Assembly: GCA_009103225.1 (NCBI GenBank)
Contig: RHPI01002533.1
Location: 395,911 to 459,910, forward strand
Length of the DNA: 64,000 bases
Origin: Chlorokybus atmophyticus
Taxonomy: Eukaryota > Plantae > Mesostigma and Chlorokybus algae
Direction: 5' to 3'
How positions within the stretch are numbered: position 1 is the first letter of the stretch; the number at the start of each line of letters is the position of its first letter. A program made the translations under genes and the position numbers. Below the pieces are notes generated by a model. It saw nothing but the letters and a program-made list of their open reading frames with translations, had not been told where the DNA came from and ran no database searches. This document shows positions 24,983-37,425 of this stretch, piece after piece.

Positions 24983-26940
24983 ATGGCCGGCAGCGGCGGC
25001 GGTCGGCTCCGTGCTGCTGTCAGCTGGCTGCTGGTTTCTCTGCTTGTTGCGTTGCCAGCTGTAGCTCGAGCGCGCGTCACTCACAGTCGCATTCGCCGGG
25101 ATGACAGGGCGATCATCCTGTTCGACAGGTGCGTTCAATGTGTGTGTCCTTGCGCAACATTCATGCTTGATGTTGCTTATTTGCCAACCCACTCAGTCAA
25201 CGTCTCTGGGAGATGTTAGTCGTTCTTCGTCAGGCTATAGCGCATGCATGCTAGCATGCTTTACCAACCAGCAGGCATGCATTGGCTGCTGTTGTTGTTG
25301 TGCTGCATTGCTTCTTCTCAGTTTATCATTGGAAATGCATGCTGTATCGCTTGCCGTTGACAGCTCCTTGTCTTTGTTTCCTTGCCAGTTTTTGTTTCTT
25401 GCCTTCGGGAGGTGTCATCGACATTTCCATACCGTATCACGAGCTGCTCTTGCCTACACCGCAACCGGCGGTGATCGACAAGAGCCGGCTGGGGTTTTTC
25501 CTGGCAGATCCAGAGGAAGAAGCGCAGCTGGACCTGGCGTTGCACAATCATGTTTGCGTTCTCAAAGACCGCCATGTGCACCTGCTCTTCACATGGGAAG
25601 ATGTGAGTGATACTCGCGATTTTGCATAACTGCTCCACGTGCTAGTTTTGTGCTAGTGGCAATGTCATTATTGTGTTCAACACGCAAAGTTGCGTGCTTT
25701 TGCAACAACTCATGTTGATCTGGTGGTTGTGTAGATTGATGCGGTACAAAGGAATGAAACGTTTCGGTTCTACAAGCAATTGACAACTGGTGGCGATCTG
25801 CGGTTGTTTTGGGCTAACTGCCAAGGCAACTACTACGCCAGCTTTGATGTCATAACACGATTGTACAACACAAACAGCCAGGAAGTGAAGGATTTCCTGC
25901 CTGCTGGCGAGAGCGTGTTGCCTCTGCTTTACTTCCTTTGCTTTGGCACATACGTGTTGCTGGCGTTCATTTGGATACGGTTTCTAGTCGTCAAGCGAAG
26001 CGATGGCACTCACAAGATACACGTGCTCATGGCGGTGTTGGTTGTGCTCCGAGCGTTGACCGCTGTATCCCAGGTGAGCAGCGATGCTGCATGCGTGCAA
26101 GTGTTGTTGCAGTTTTGGTTGGGTTTGGCAGTAGCATTAATGATTGATGCCTTATGTTCGTTGTTGCTCATAACTGTCTGTGGTGTGCAGGCTGGCATGT
26201 ATCAATGGGTTAAAACAACAGGCAATGCATCCGGTTGGAACATTGCATTCTACATATTCTCTTTCTTCCGTGGTGTCATGCTGTTTGTTGTCATTGTGCT
26301 CGTGGGCACTGGATGGTCCTTCTTAAAGCCCTATCTCCAAAGCAGAGAGAAGCGAGTGCTAGTGTTTGTCATCCCCCTGCAGGTATGACATTCAGTTGGC
26401 ATGCAGTGTATGCATGTTGCTCATGCATGTGTCTCACTGTACCCAGATGCATTACTGTCAATATTACTTGCAGTGTTGATGTTTGGTCTTCATGGTCTGC
26501 AGGTGTTTGCCAATGTTGCAGTGGTAGTTCTAGACGAGACCAACATGAGCTCCAAGGCATGGTTTACGTGGCGAGACCTGTTTCACTTAGTCGACATCAT
26601 CTGCTGCTGCGCGATCCTCTTCCCCATAGTCTGGTCAATCAAGCATCTGCGAGAAGCGGCCGAGGCCGACGGCAAGGCGGCCACAAACCTGCAGAAGCTA
26701 GTGCTGTTTAGGCAGTTTTACGTGGTGGCCGTGGGCTACATCTACTCCACGAGGATAGTGGTGTACCTGCTGGAGAGTACCACCCCTTGCGAGCTCGCAT
26801 GGTTCAGCATGTTTGCCTCGGAGGCCGTCACCATGGCGTTCTATCTTTTTGTGGGTTTCAAGTTCAGGCCCGCCAGCGACAATCCTTACTTTCACGCGGA
26901 AGAAGAGCACCAACCGTTGGTTCATGCAGAGGAGCTCTGA
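24983..26940 (+). CDS. GPR107/GPR108-like (lung seven-TM / GOST family) protein
   Basis: Signal peptide, lumenal domain (IILFDR, LFWANC), LPAGESVLP, seven hydrophobic helices, GTGWSFLKPYL, CCCAILFPIVWSIKHLREA, FRQFY, FRPASDNPYF. Confidence 0.93.
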
Positions 26941-27641
26941 TTGATGAAGTAGCAACACAATCTCGGCTCAGAGCATACTGTTTCGACGGCTGCAGCTGCC
27001 TGCAAGACAGCTTGTCCCGTCATGCCTCGTAGGATCTGGCCAGGTTATTGGTATTGATAACCGGGTGCATGGCTTACGCTCGGGCTGGAGCAGGCGTAAC
27101 ACCGTATTTTGGCGCATCAATGGGCATCAGTGCCGGAGGATCGGCCACTTGAAAGTCCATCATGCTCTGTGTCCCAGGTAATACTGGTGATGTAGCGCGC
27201 AGCCACCAGTTGAGTCAATCTGACTCGTGAGTGCTAGTTGGCAATCAAGGCACACCAGCTTGGACACCCCTCCAGAAGTGGGCCACATGCGCAGCGCTCC
27301 CTTGCACTAGATGTTTTGTTTAGCATTTGGCTATTTGTTCTGCGCTTGAATTGGTTGTTTCAGTGTAAACAATTGTCAGCTATGTTTTTCTGTGCACATG
27401 CGTTGGTGTTGTCTGTATGACTTCTGCTGTACAACCTGAATGCGATCATACTGATCTTGCCATGGCTGCATTTGCCACCTGCATCCGCTTTTCCTGACTG
27501 CCACAGACACGCAAGCTCCGGTACTGGCATTGTTACGAGTAGAGCATTATGAATTGACATTGTGATACTACTCATTGTTGACTTGGATGTTTAATTGCAT
27601 CATGCGACAAAGTAGCACAGCCTGCAAGCTGCATTTATCTA

Positions 27642-28523
27642 ATGGGCTGTGCCATGCATGGTCCATTGCTTGTTTCCAACTCGACTGCAACACTTGAACG
27701 GGTTGATCTCGCTGTCACAGGCAACCTATGCCTACCCACGTCTCCAGTCGGCATCGGGTTGGGAGCAGGTGCGTGGCTGCTGGCGCTGCCGTTGTATCCT
27801 GCGTTGCGCTTGTCCAGCCCTGTCTTTTGTACGGCGGTGCGCTTGTTGCTGGGCCTACCTCACCCTATGCTAGCTCATGTACGGCACTGCGCCTGTGGTA
27901 CGGCCTTGTCGGATGGACGAGGCATACACCTGTTGCGTTGCTCTGCTGATCCTCAACGCCTTGTCACGCACGACAACGCCCTGCGTGATGAGGTGTATCA
28001 TGTTTTACGGGAGGCGGGGTACTCGGTCAGCAGGGAGCGCTCCAATTTCATGCCGATCCAGCCCTGAGAGGTGCAGGGACGCCAATTGGACCTGGTGGCA
28101 TCGGAGCCAGGACCATGACCGTCACCTACTGAACACCATTGTGACCACAATCAGCGCTCAGCCGGGAGGAGGAGCGCGCAGCGGAGTTGGCGAAGTGTTG
28201 GAAGTACGGCGAGCACGCGGAGACAAATTCATTCAGACAAGTTTATTCCTTTGGCAGCGGAGACGTTCGGCGCCTTGGGAGCTTCTTTCCACGAGCTGAT
28301 TACTGATTGTGCGCGCCGTGTAGTCCAGCATTGGGGGTTGCATACGACACGTATGTCCGCGTTCGTGTCCATGTACCGGCAGCGGATTGCTTGTGCACTA
28401 CAGCGAGCTCAGGGCGTGGCTTTGTTGGAAAGAGCGACGACGGCCGTGTGTGCAGCTCCGGGTTGGCCGCCACCGCAACCTGCTCCTATGACAACCCTGT
28501 CCGTGGCAGTGCTCTTGGCGTGA
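27642..28523 (+). mobile_element. Degenerate 3' fragment of an RLE-type (CRE/NeSL/R2-like) non-LTR retrotransposon
   Basis: GAWLLALP..LRLSSPVFCTAVRLLLGLP, zinc knuckle CACG...HLLRC, THDNALRD, ETFGALG, RQRIACALQRAQ; frames broken. Confidence 0.75.
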
Positions 28524-28984
28524 GGCCTACGCAGGTGATACACGCTAGCTCTCATGGTTGTCATGTCTCTTCGAGTTGTGGTTGTTTTGGATTTGCGTTG
28601 TTGTGTTAGCATTATGGCTTTGACGCTGGGACCTTGTGACCGTTTGACATAATAGAGCGCGCGCGAGAGAGAGAGAGACCTACCAAGGCAAGATACATCA
28701 CCGGACACCGCACCTCACACCTCATCACATTTCACAAAGGAACGGTCACAACCTCAATGCACAACTGACTGTTTGATATGATGCGAGAGAGAAAGACAGA
28801 GAGAATGCACAACTGAAAGTGCTTGAGCTGAAACCCATCACTGTACAACCAGGTGTGGGACTTTTAGTTCCATGCCTTAATATATGTACATGCACTTGTG
28901 AAGTGGCTTGTATCTGCACGATTGCTGGCACAGGGATATTTCGGGTATGTACACTTAGCCTACAATACATGTGGGATTAATGGC

Positions 28985-31655
28985 TCACTGGTGTTCTACT
29001 TGCAACGCCATGTACCTACCTGACAAGTTACTCCTCATAGCAGCGGGCACCTCACCGCTAAATCTGGAAACCTGCCGTGGGCTAGATGCAACATGTTCTT
29101 CTGCTGCCAGCCGAGCAGGAGCTGCAGTTGTTCCACCACTTGGCCAGATTCTTGACATGGGCAGCGGGGTGAGTGGCACTTCTTCATCCGTGATTACCCT
29201 GCCGCTATTGGTGCGACTATGGCAAGCACGCAATGCAGTGGCCGCGTCCGCACTCTGTGCGGGACTCGCAACAACACGTCGCGGGCTGAAGGGCATTTCT
29301 TCATCCGGTATCACCCTGTCGCTGTTGGTGCGATTGTGGCGCACGAGCGGGGCTGTTGCTGCGTCCATAGTTTGCGCGGGACTCGCACTCGCTCCGGCGC
29401 GCGACACTGTCGCACCAGCGAGCTCACCAGGATTGCTGCCTTCATCGCTGTCCAGGTTGGCCCACAGGCAGCAGATGGAGGCTTGGATGTACAGCACGAG
29501 AATGTACCAAAAGGCTGCTGTGACCCAATCACGCTGCCACTGGTCGCCGTAGAAGTCGAGCACGTGGTAGTACATCGAGTACGCTGACCAGACAAGGGAC
29601 GCAAAGAAGGCGGATACCAACACGACGGAAAAGTGCTCGTAGCGCGCCAGCTCTCCAAACTTGCGCTCCTGTTGAGATACAATTAGCTATCCACAAGCAG
29701 CGGCTGACAATGGTTGGGACACGTACGCAATAACAGGCGCTCACCATGCGCAGGCGAAGAAGTGTTCTCCGCAGAGCAGATGCTGTCAACGAGAGGAAAA
29801 TCACGTCCAACAACACCACGGGGAACACCCAATAGACGCCTAGCAGAGACAGGCTGTCATCGAGCGCCACCAAGTCCGACATGAAGGCCTCAGCCAAGAA
29901 GTAAATGGTCGCCAGTGTGGCGATCTGTGCAGGTAATTTGTCAATGCAACTGCTGACACGCGGCGCAGCCAGAATAATTCTTCTGCAAGGCCATGCGTAC
30001 ACGTACCGGTCCAGGTAGGTTTTCCGGAACTGGGGCGATGCATGTGGGCCAGCCCAATGCCAATGCAACCAGCAGGACGTGCTGCAGGGCCTTGCGAGCA
30101 GACGAGATAATCTCTGCAGTAAGTGCGACAATGGAAGGCAAGTCGCCCTTCTTGTTGTAGACGGTGTATGTGCAACACCACAGCGTTATCTGCGCATCAA
30201 CGACTTGAGACCTTCATCACTGCAAGCAGGGGACACACTCGCACACCCACAAACACATCCTAATCAACTGATCTGCACCTCAACCAGCGTGAGCAGCAGT
30301 ATAGCTCCGACGCAGCTGCGCAACATCCGCCCCTGACGCCATCTTACAATGCTCGTCACAAACCATGCTATGCAGAGGGCACCATACCTGCAGCCACCAA
30401 GCATTCTTAGGTGAGTAAACTTCCGTGTCATCCTGCAATTCAATGCATTTGCTCACGATACAACCAGCAGCCTTGTTTCAAACTTACAGTGCAGCCATTA
30501 TTTTGAAAAATGGTAATATGGGTATCAGCATGCCGGGCAGAAAGCCTGAAGGGTTCTTCCAAACAGTAGAGCCCTCGAGCCTGACATCACCAGAGCAAGA
30601 AACAAACCACAAGTAGTACATGCCCGTCTCCGTAATAAACACCGATTGCTCATTATTGACATCTGCGCCGTCTGCGCAGGTGCGTGAAGTCAACGACAGG
30701 CTGGGCACGCGACTGCCTCACCCAAGTCCATAACTTCACACGAGCTTACCGCTGGCTGTCACTTGGAACTCCAGCACTCTTGGCCAATCAGCATGACTAG
30801 AACCGTTGCGCGGCTTCCAGATGAGCGACCCAGGAGTGCAACCCAACACCTGTCAACATAAATGCAAGTTTGCAGCCTGTCAAAACAGTATCCTATGCAC
30901 AATTCACGGACTGTTCAGTACCTGGCTGAGCCCCCAGTTGCAGCATACACTTCGCATTGACATAAACCCCTTTTCGTTCTCATCTTGGTAACCGATCAAG
31001 TCGTAGTCTTTTGCCTCAAACAAAACAGCTTGCACTGTGGATCCAACAGAGGCAGCTATGTCCTCGGACAGCCCAGGTTCAAACTGTATGTCCTTGAATC
31101 TAATATTGACAACAACATTTAATGAGCATGATGGACAGCATGCGCAGCCAGATATCGCTGCCACTACCTTCACCTTATATATGATCTGCCGTTGTTCACT
31201 GCAGCATATGTCCACCACTGCCAACCCGGACCAGGTTCATCGACTCGTGACGCAAACACTCCTTCCCGCCCACCCATAAACATCCACGCATCCACAACCT
31301 GGACACCCGAGCACAGCGTGTGAAAGCTGCAACAAGCAGCAAGCCAATCCGCGTGCGGCAACTACAGCCGTCTGCTCTGTGATGACGGCCACTCACTGCT
31401 AACAAGCACTGTGACCAGGCTCAAAGCTACTGTTGGTAATGCGCAACGTGTGTTGACAAACAATGCACTATAAAAAGTGAGAATTACGCATGGCTGCTCC
31501 AGTTGCCCCTGGGAGAAGTTACTCACATGATCGAACGTTCCGCTGTACGAGTGCACCGCAGCCGCCGCAAGGCCCAGCCCCGACAGGAGAATCAAACCGC
31601 AGAGAACAAGCGGCAATGCGAGACTGGCTGGCCACACCATGTCCACCCCGCCCAT
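28985..31655 (-). CDS. TMEM87-like (lung seven-TM / GOST family) protein
   Basis: Signal peptide (MVWPASLALPLVLCGL), lumenal domain (GREG, VCC...GC, TGMYYLWFVSC, GSTVWKNPSGFLPG), TM exons, WQRDW; long C-tail; stop at 28985. Confidence 0.87.
29165..29398 (-). repeat. Two ~117-nt (39-aa) tandem repeats in the TMEM87-like C-tail
   Basis: ASPAQTMDAATAPLVRHNRTNSDRVIPDEEMPFSP / ASPAQSADAATALRACHSRTNSGRVITDEEVPLTP; cttcatccg recurs at 29182 and 29299. Confidence 0.9.
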
Positions 31656-32012
31656 GGCAGAGCATACACAACGCCTTCAACCCACCCGCAGACCACCACC
31701 AGCCGGCTGCTAGCACGTCACGTAATCACCACGGACTGCATGACTAAGCCCGTGAAGGGCGGCCCCACTGACGGCGGAGCGGCACAGAAGAAAGCATGCA
31801 AGCTAGGTCACACCACTCGGTCTAAGCCAGCATATTGTAATTGCTATCGCTCCCCTCGTGCTTCTCCTCCTTCTCCTCCTCCTCGTCCTCGTCCTCCTCC
31901 GCCGCGGCTGAGAGAATACTGGAATCGTCAAAGCGGAACAGAAATTTTACCCTGGCAGATGTTTCTTGTGCGTAGCGCACAAGGATTGCTCGTTTCTTGT
32001 GCGGTGGGCGAG

Positions 32013-32100
32013 TTAGGGTTTACTGCCCGCTAGTGCGCTGTTCAATGACGCGCAGCGCGAACGGATAGGGAACGCCGCACCCGGGCAGACATTAGGGTTT
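32013..32100 (+). promoter_or_regulatory. Two telo-boxes in the RPS6 promoter/leader
   Basis: TTAGGGTTT at 32013-32021 and 32092-32100, upstream of the RPS6 ATG; telo-boxes are a known feature of plant ribosomal protein genes. Confidence 0.65.
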
Positions 32101-32214
32101 GGAGTCAGGAGACCGCCGCCACCACCCAGTGAGCCCTCTTTCAAAGCCGCGCGGGCTCCTGCCGCCGACGCCGCCGCCGCAGCGTCGCCGGCGACAGCCT
32201 GGTGGCAGGCAGCA

Positions 32215-33972
32215 ATGAAGGTGGGTGGGTGATGGTGCTGCGAGATTGTGATTTGCGGGTTGTTGGTTGTGGTATGCGGCTGTAATAGTCGAGGTTGCTG
32301 GGTCGCTGTCGGTTTGGGCCGGCGTTGTGCAAATGCTGCTTGTCGTCGTTGTCGTCGGCGTTCTCTTGAGGCGGCGTTGTGTTGGTGTTGTTCGGATCTC
32401 ATGGTATCTTTGCTTCACAGCTCAACATCGCCAACCCCACGACGGGGTGCCAGAAGAAGGTGGAGATTGACGATGATCAGAAGCTGTAAGTTGCTTTGTG
32501 TTGATTTCGCTTGTGCAACGCATGCTGCGGCATCTGCAGCAGTGTCCATCGTTATCGGCAGCAGCGCTTGCAAACCTTTGTGCAGTAGCATCAGGGCACT
32601 TGAATATTTGTTTGGTGGACCTTGCATGTGCATTTTGAGCATATTAGCTCGTCCGGGAGGTTTACAGTCGCTACCCATCGTTGTTGAGCAGCGGGATGCG
32701 CGCTACTCTATATACGCACTGTTTTACGGACGATTATATTGTTATATTGTTCGTGAAGCGTTTGGTAAATATGATTAGGCTTTTTTTCAGATAGGGTGCG
32801 CTTGCGCAGTGGTAGCTCAGCAGTAGTTGCGGCGACCGGTGCACCATCCCCTCTGCGCACGCCATCCGCATGCATTGTTGTTGAGGTGTTCGCCAGTGTG
32901 TTCTACAGTTACACTGAGGCTATTGTTATTGCAGGCGCGCTTTCTTCGACAAGCGTCTGGCGCAGGAGGTGCCCGGTGACACCCTCGGAGATGTAAGTAT
33001 ATAGGGCACATGCCGGGTGGTTCTTGGATTTTCAAGCTTTACTGATGGTGCTCTGTGCAATGGATTTTGGCAGGAGTTCAAGGGTTATGTCTTCAAGATC
33101 ATGGGTGGTCAGGACAAGCAGGGTTTCCCCATGAAGCAGGGTGTCCTGGTGCCAGGTCGCGTGCGGCTTCTCATGCATCGCGGTAGGTCTAAGCGAAGTT
33201 TGTATGAAAAAGTTTCCACGAACTCGCTTCTATGCGGAGCTCACAGTTGGTTGTGTTGGTGGTTGTAATCGACGGACGTCTGCTGCAGGTGTTCCTTGCT
33301 TCCGTGGTTACGGTCGCCGCGATGGTGAAAGGAGGAGAAAGTCGGTTCGCGGTTGCATTGTTAGCCCAGACTTGGCTGTTCTTAACCTGGTCATTGTGAA
33401 GGAGGGTGAGTTGCGCAACTCCATTGGCGATGCAACTTTCTTTATACATCGAGAGAATTCGTATGCTTATGTTTCCCCACATCGTCGCAGGTGAGAACCC
33501 CCTTCCTGGCCTGACTGATCGCGAGGTTCCGCGCATGCGTGGCCCGAAGAGGGCCAGCAAGATCCGTAAGCTGTTCAACCTGAGCAAGGAGGACAATGTG
33601 TGCAAGTATGTCAACACATACAGGCGCACCTTTGAGTCAAAAGCGGGTAAGCTGAGTGTTTGCTCTCCGCTTGGGCTTGTGTCCCTGGTCGAGCTGCATC
33701 ATGACAACTCAGTTGCTCAGCATCGAGTGTGCAATGCAGGCAAGAAGCACAGCAAGGCCCCCAAGGTGCAGAGGCTGGTGACGCCGCTGACCCTGCAGCG
33801 CAAGCGCAGACGCATTGCTCTCAAGAAGCACCGTGTGGTGAAGTCCAAGGCGGCGGCGGCCGATTATGCCAAGCTGCTGCAGCAGCGGTTGAAGGAGGCG
33901 TCCGAGCGCCGCTCTGAGTCTCTGGCCAAGAGGCGCCGGCTCTCTCAGGCAGGCTCGGCCAAGTCACAGTGA
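32215..33972 (+). CDS. RPS6: 40S ribosomal protein S6 (eS6)
   Basis: MK|[22 protein letters not shown]|[12 protein letters not shown]|[24 protein letters not shown]|...[11 protein letters not shown]...[18 protein letters not shown]...[11 protein letters not shown]...RRRLS. Confidence 0.98.
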
Positions 33973-34350
33973 TTTCTCATTGATTTGTAGCCATCGCATA
34001 CATGCTGTGACAATCATTAACGACGCAATGTTGATGAACACTGCCATGTGTGGTAGCAGTATTCATTGTGACCTGGATGTTATCAGCATTGTGCTTATTT
34101 TTCGTTGCAGTCATGGCACTTGTCAGCAATCATTCAAGGAGAAAGACTCTTGCGCATACTCACAACAACAAAGGTGGTCTGCACCCAGGAATGGTTGAAT
34201 GGAATTGCATTCTGTTCCATCTGATTGTTGGACATGATGTGCATGTGTGCGGGGTGGTCCATCACGCAATGTGTACGCGGTGCTGCGCCATAACTTGTGA
34301 CGCAAGGCATGATGTGTGCGTGTACCATGTTCTTTGTTTTCCGTGCTGTT

Positions 34351-34625
34351 GGATGGGCTGTGCGAATCACAACACAACACAGCCAAACGCTGCTAGCTGT
34401 AATGTGGTTCTTCTGTGTGAGCCGGTTGCTGGGTTTGTGCTTGAGCTGCAAAGTTGCACCTCTCTCGTTTGGTGGATATGGAAAGCTTGATGGATGGGCT
34501 GTATTAACAGTTACACTACCATACAGCCAAGCGCTGCAAGTTTTATTTCCGTCTGTGTGAGCTGGTTGCTAGGTTTGTGCTTGAGCTGCAAAATTGCACC
34601 TCGTTTGGTGTTTATGGTAAAGCAT
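34351..34625 (+). repeat. Two diverged ~141-bp direct repeats
   Basis: ggatgggctgt...acagccaa.cgctgc...ctgtgtgagc.ggttgct.ggtttgtgcttgagctgcaaa.ttgcacctc starts at 34351 and 34492. Confidence 0.85.
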
Positions 34626-34969
34626 TGGTCATTTTTCTGGTACGCAAGCCATGGTTTGTCAACTCGGGCATGGAGAAAGCAGCGTCGCAGTGCTACAGAA
34701 TGTCACGCTATGTTATATTGTACATAGGGAATAGCATTGAATGGCCATGTATCACAGCACAAAACAGAGCACAACAAGCAGCAGGTAGCACATGCCACAA
34801 GGCACTCTTACAATAGCTGCTGCCTCACAATTGTGGGTTTATTACCACAGTAACTATGGGGCTGGTTGACTATGTGCGAATGCAATTGGACTTAGTCAAC
34901 AGCAAGCAGGAGAGATGGGGCTAGCAGCGCCTTGCAGCTACCGGAGCAGCGCATGCACAGATTAATATT

Positions 34970-35560
34970 TGGTTACAAGGTCACGGGTAGGTCGTGGTGG
35001 TGGCCAACCAGGAGCTGCACACACGGCCGTGGTCCCTCTGCAAGAGAGCTACGCCCTGAGCCCCCTGCAGTGCACAATCAACTCATTGCTTGTTCATGGA
35101 CACGACAACGTTTTAGTACTGCCATACGGTTCGTATGCAATCCCCTGTGATAGACCATAGCGCGCGCGCAATCGGTGAGGAGCTCGTGGAAGGTGGTCCC
35201 CCGGAGATCAAACGTCTTTAAAGTCACAGTGGCGAGCTTGTCTCCTAGCGCGTGGTCACCATAACTTCCAACACTTGTCCGCCTCTGCTGCACATGCTCT
35301 TCGATGCTGAGCAAAGTAGCTGCATGTGGTGACGGTAGTGTTCAGCAGGCATCGGTCATGTTTTGGCTCCGCCACTAGATCAAACCTACGTCTCAGCAAC
35401 TCGCCGTGCAGAATCGGCATGAGATTAAAGCACTTTCGGCTGATCAAGTACCCCGCCTCTCGCAGGACGTAATAACCCTTGTCACGCAGCGCCGCGTGTA
35501 GCGTGGCGCTGAGGACCAGATGAACACCGCGACAGTTGTGTGCCCCGTCCATCCGGCAAG
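34970..35560 (-). mobile_element. Second, more decayed RLE non-LTR retroelement fragment (same family as 27642-28523, opposite strand)
   Basis: LHAALRDKGYYVLREAGY vs HDNALRDEVYHVLREAGY; FHELLTDCAR vs FHELITDCAR; near-identical DNA GCTCAGGGCGT..ACGGCCGTGTGTGCAGCTCC.GGTTGGCC. Confidence 0.8.
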
Positions 35561-35844
35561 TTGATGGGTATTACGACATGCCACCATGGCACTGCATTGC
35601 ACTTCTTGGTAATATTATGTACTGCTTAGGACTCATTGCACGCCGTCCGAGGTGGCTTTGAACTACGAAATGACCGCATGTACTTATAGCAAAACTTTTA
35701 CATGGACACCGTTGATACAAGCGTACAACACTGATGTCCGTACTCACAATCAGTGTGAACAAGCCGGTGCCGAAATCACAAGGTAGCGATCGCACTGTAT
35801 CATCACAGCAACAGCGCATCCACATTAACAGCAAGCATGGACAC

Positions 35845-37425
35845 TCACGCCAAACCCGTTCCGATCAAGGCTTCATCTACGGCCGGCGGAAACACCTCCA
35901 TAACGTCCCCTTCCAGCCTCAGTGCCACCTCCGGGAACCCATCATGTTCCGTCTGCCCCTTGTTCACAATGATGTATTCTGCGCCCGCCTCCGCACCCTC
36001 CAGCGCCAGACTGGCAGCCGGCTCCACCGACAGCGTCGTCCCGAGCGCGATGATCAGATCCGCCGTCACGCAGGCCTCCTGCAGGGAGCAAAGCATGACG
36101 AGTCAATCTCATCATGTGTATACAACATGGAAAGATTACATTGCATGGTTGCCTCCACTTACGCGTGTGCGTAATAGGTTGATGTCTCGCAGCGGCTGGC
36201 CAAAGCTGATGCTGGCGAGCTTTAGCGGGCCCTCGCATGATGTGCATGTTGGCGGCGTGGGGTTCTGCGCATGAACAAGCTCAACTTCGATATGGTGTTG
36301 AAGTTGAAGCCGACAAGGAACAACACCCAAGTTGAGGCATACACAGCCAGCAGAGAACCTGGCGGAACCGCTGGAACAATGGAGCTGACAGGCCCCCTAG
36401 ACCGCATCGCTGCCAGAACACAATCACAACAAGTAGAGGTGGTTGTCATAGAGGACTGGTTTGATAACATTATGGCGACAAAGCAGCAATCAAAAGCCTT
36501 GAGAGCGCACAGTCCACGCATGCACAACTGTGCCGAGAGTGGGATGCGGCGACAAGATGACCTGCCCAACAAACGACAACATGCGCGGTCACACCTGGCA
36601 CTCGACTCGCCGCCCCGTGCCGTGAAGCTCAGCTAACCGCGTGGTGTCCACCGCGGCGTGGAGCCCGTCCACGTTCTGCGTGGCGCACAGGTGCAGCTTC
36701 CCCGCAAGCTCCAGCTTCCGCACAGCCTGCAGAGTACCAACACCCAACATAAACGAGCATTGCCCCCTCACTCTCCTCTGATGATGAAAGCACAGTCCGT
36801 TTCGTGCTTACGTGGTGGACAGCGTTGGGCTGCGCACTCCGGCCGAATGCGAACCAGTCTTCCGTCTTTTGCTGCCAGTATCGCCGCTTCGCATCCTCGC
36901 TGGACATGAACTCGTTGTACCAAACTGGTTGCCTCGTCTCCCACACACCCTGTGGACCCCTGCAGGATACACACATACAGCTCCACTATACGCGCTGGTT
37001 GCAATCACATCATGCTGAGGAACTTAACCAGCTGCACGCACCCACGTTTGCATGCATACGTACGGGAGCATGCACGTGAGCAATCATGGACACAGACACC
37101 TGCGCACACACGCACACAGACGCTCGCACATACTTGACCCTGCACACTCGCATGTGCATGCACTCAAAGGCGCACCCGCACACGCAGACGGCCACGCGCA
37201 AGCGTGTGTGGGTGTTCGTGCATGTGCAAGCGTGGGTGGGTGTGGGTGCGACCACGCCCCCACCCCCACCCACCTGTAGTCCGGGATGCCGCTTGCTGTG
37301 GACACTCCCGCCCCCGTGAACACGACGATCCTTTTTGCGCGCGACAGTCGCGGCGCAAGCTGATCCACCAGCTCCTTCGCACCGACGACCGCGGCCCTCT
37401 CTACTGCGGCCGCCGCGGCCGCCAT
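35845..37425 (-). CDS. Sir2-family NAD-dependent deacylase, bacterial/class U-like
   Basis: VVFTGAGVSTASGIPDYR|GPQGVW; TQNVDGLH; ELHG; CTSC; ISFGQ; GTTLSVEPAA; IVNKGQT. Confidence 0.92.

Noticed and set aside
32488-33073. snoRNAs in RPS6 introns 2 and 3
   Set aside because: A CTGA with a GGGCAC/GTGCTC stem and an ATATGA are present, but there is no matching C box or terminal ACA at the right spacing.
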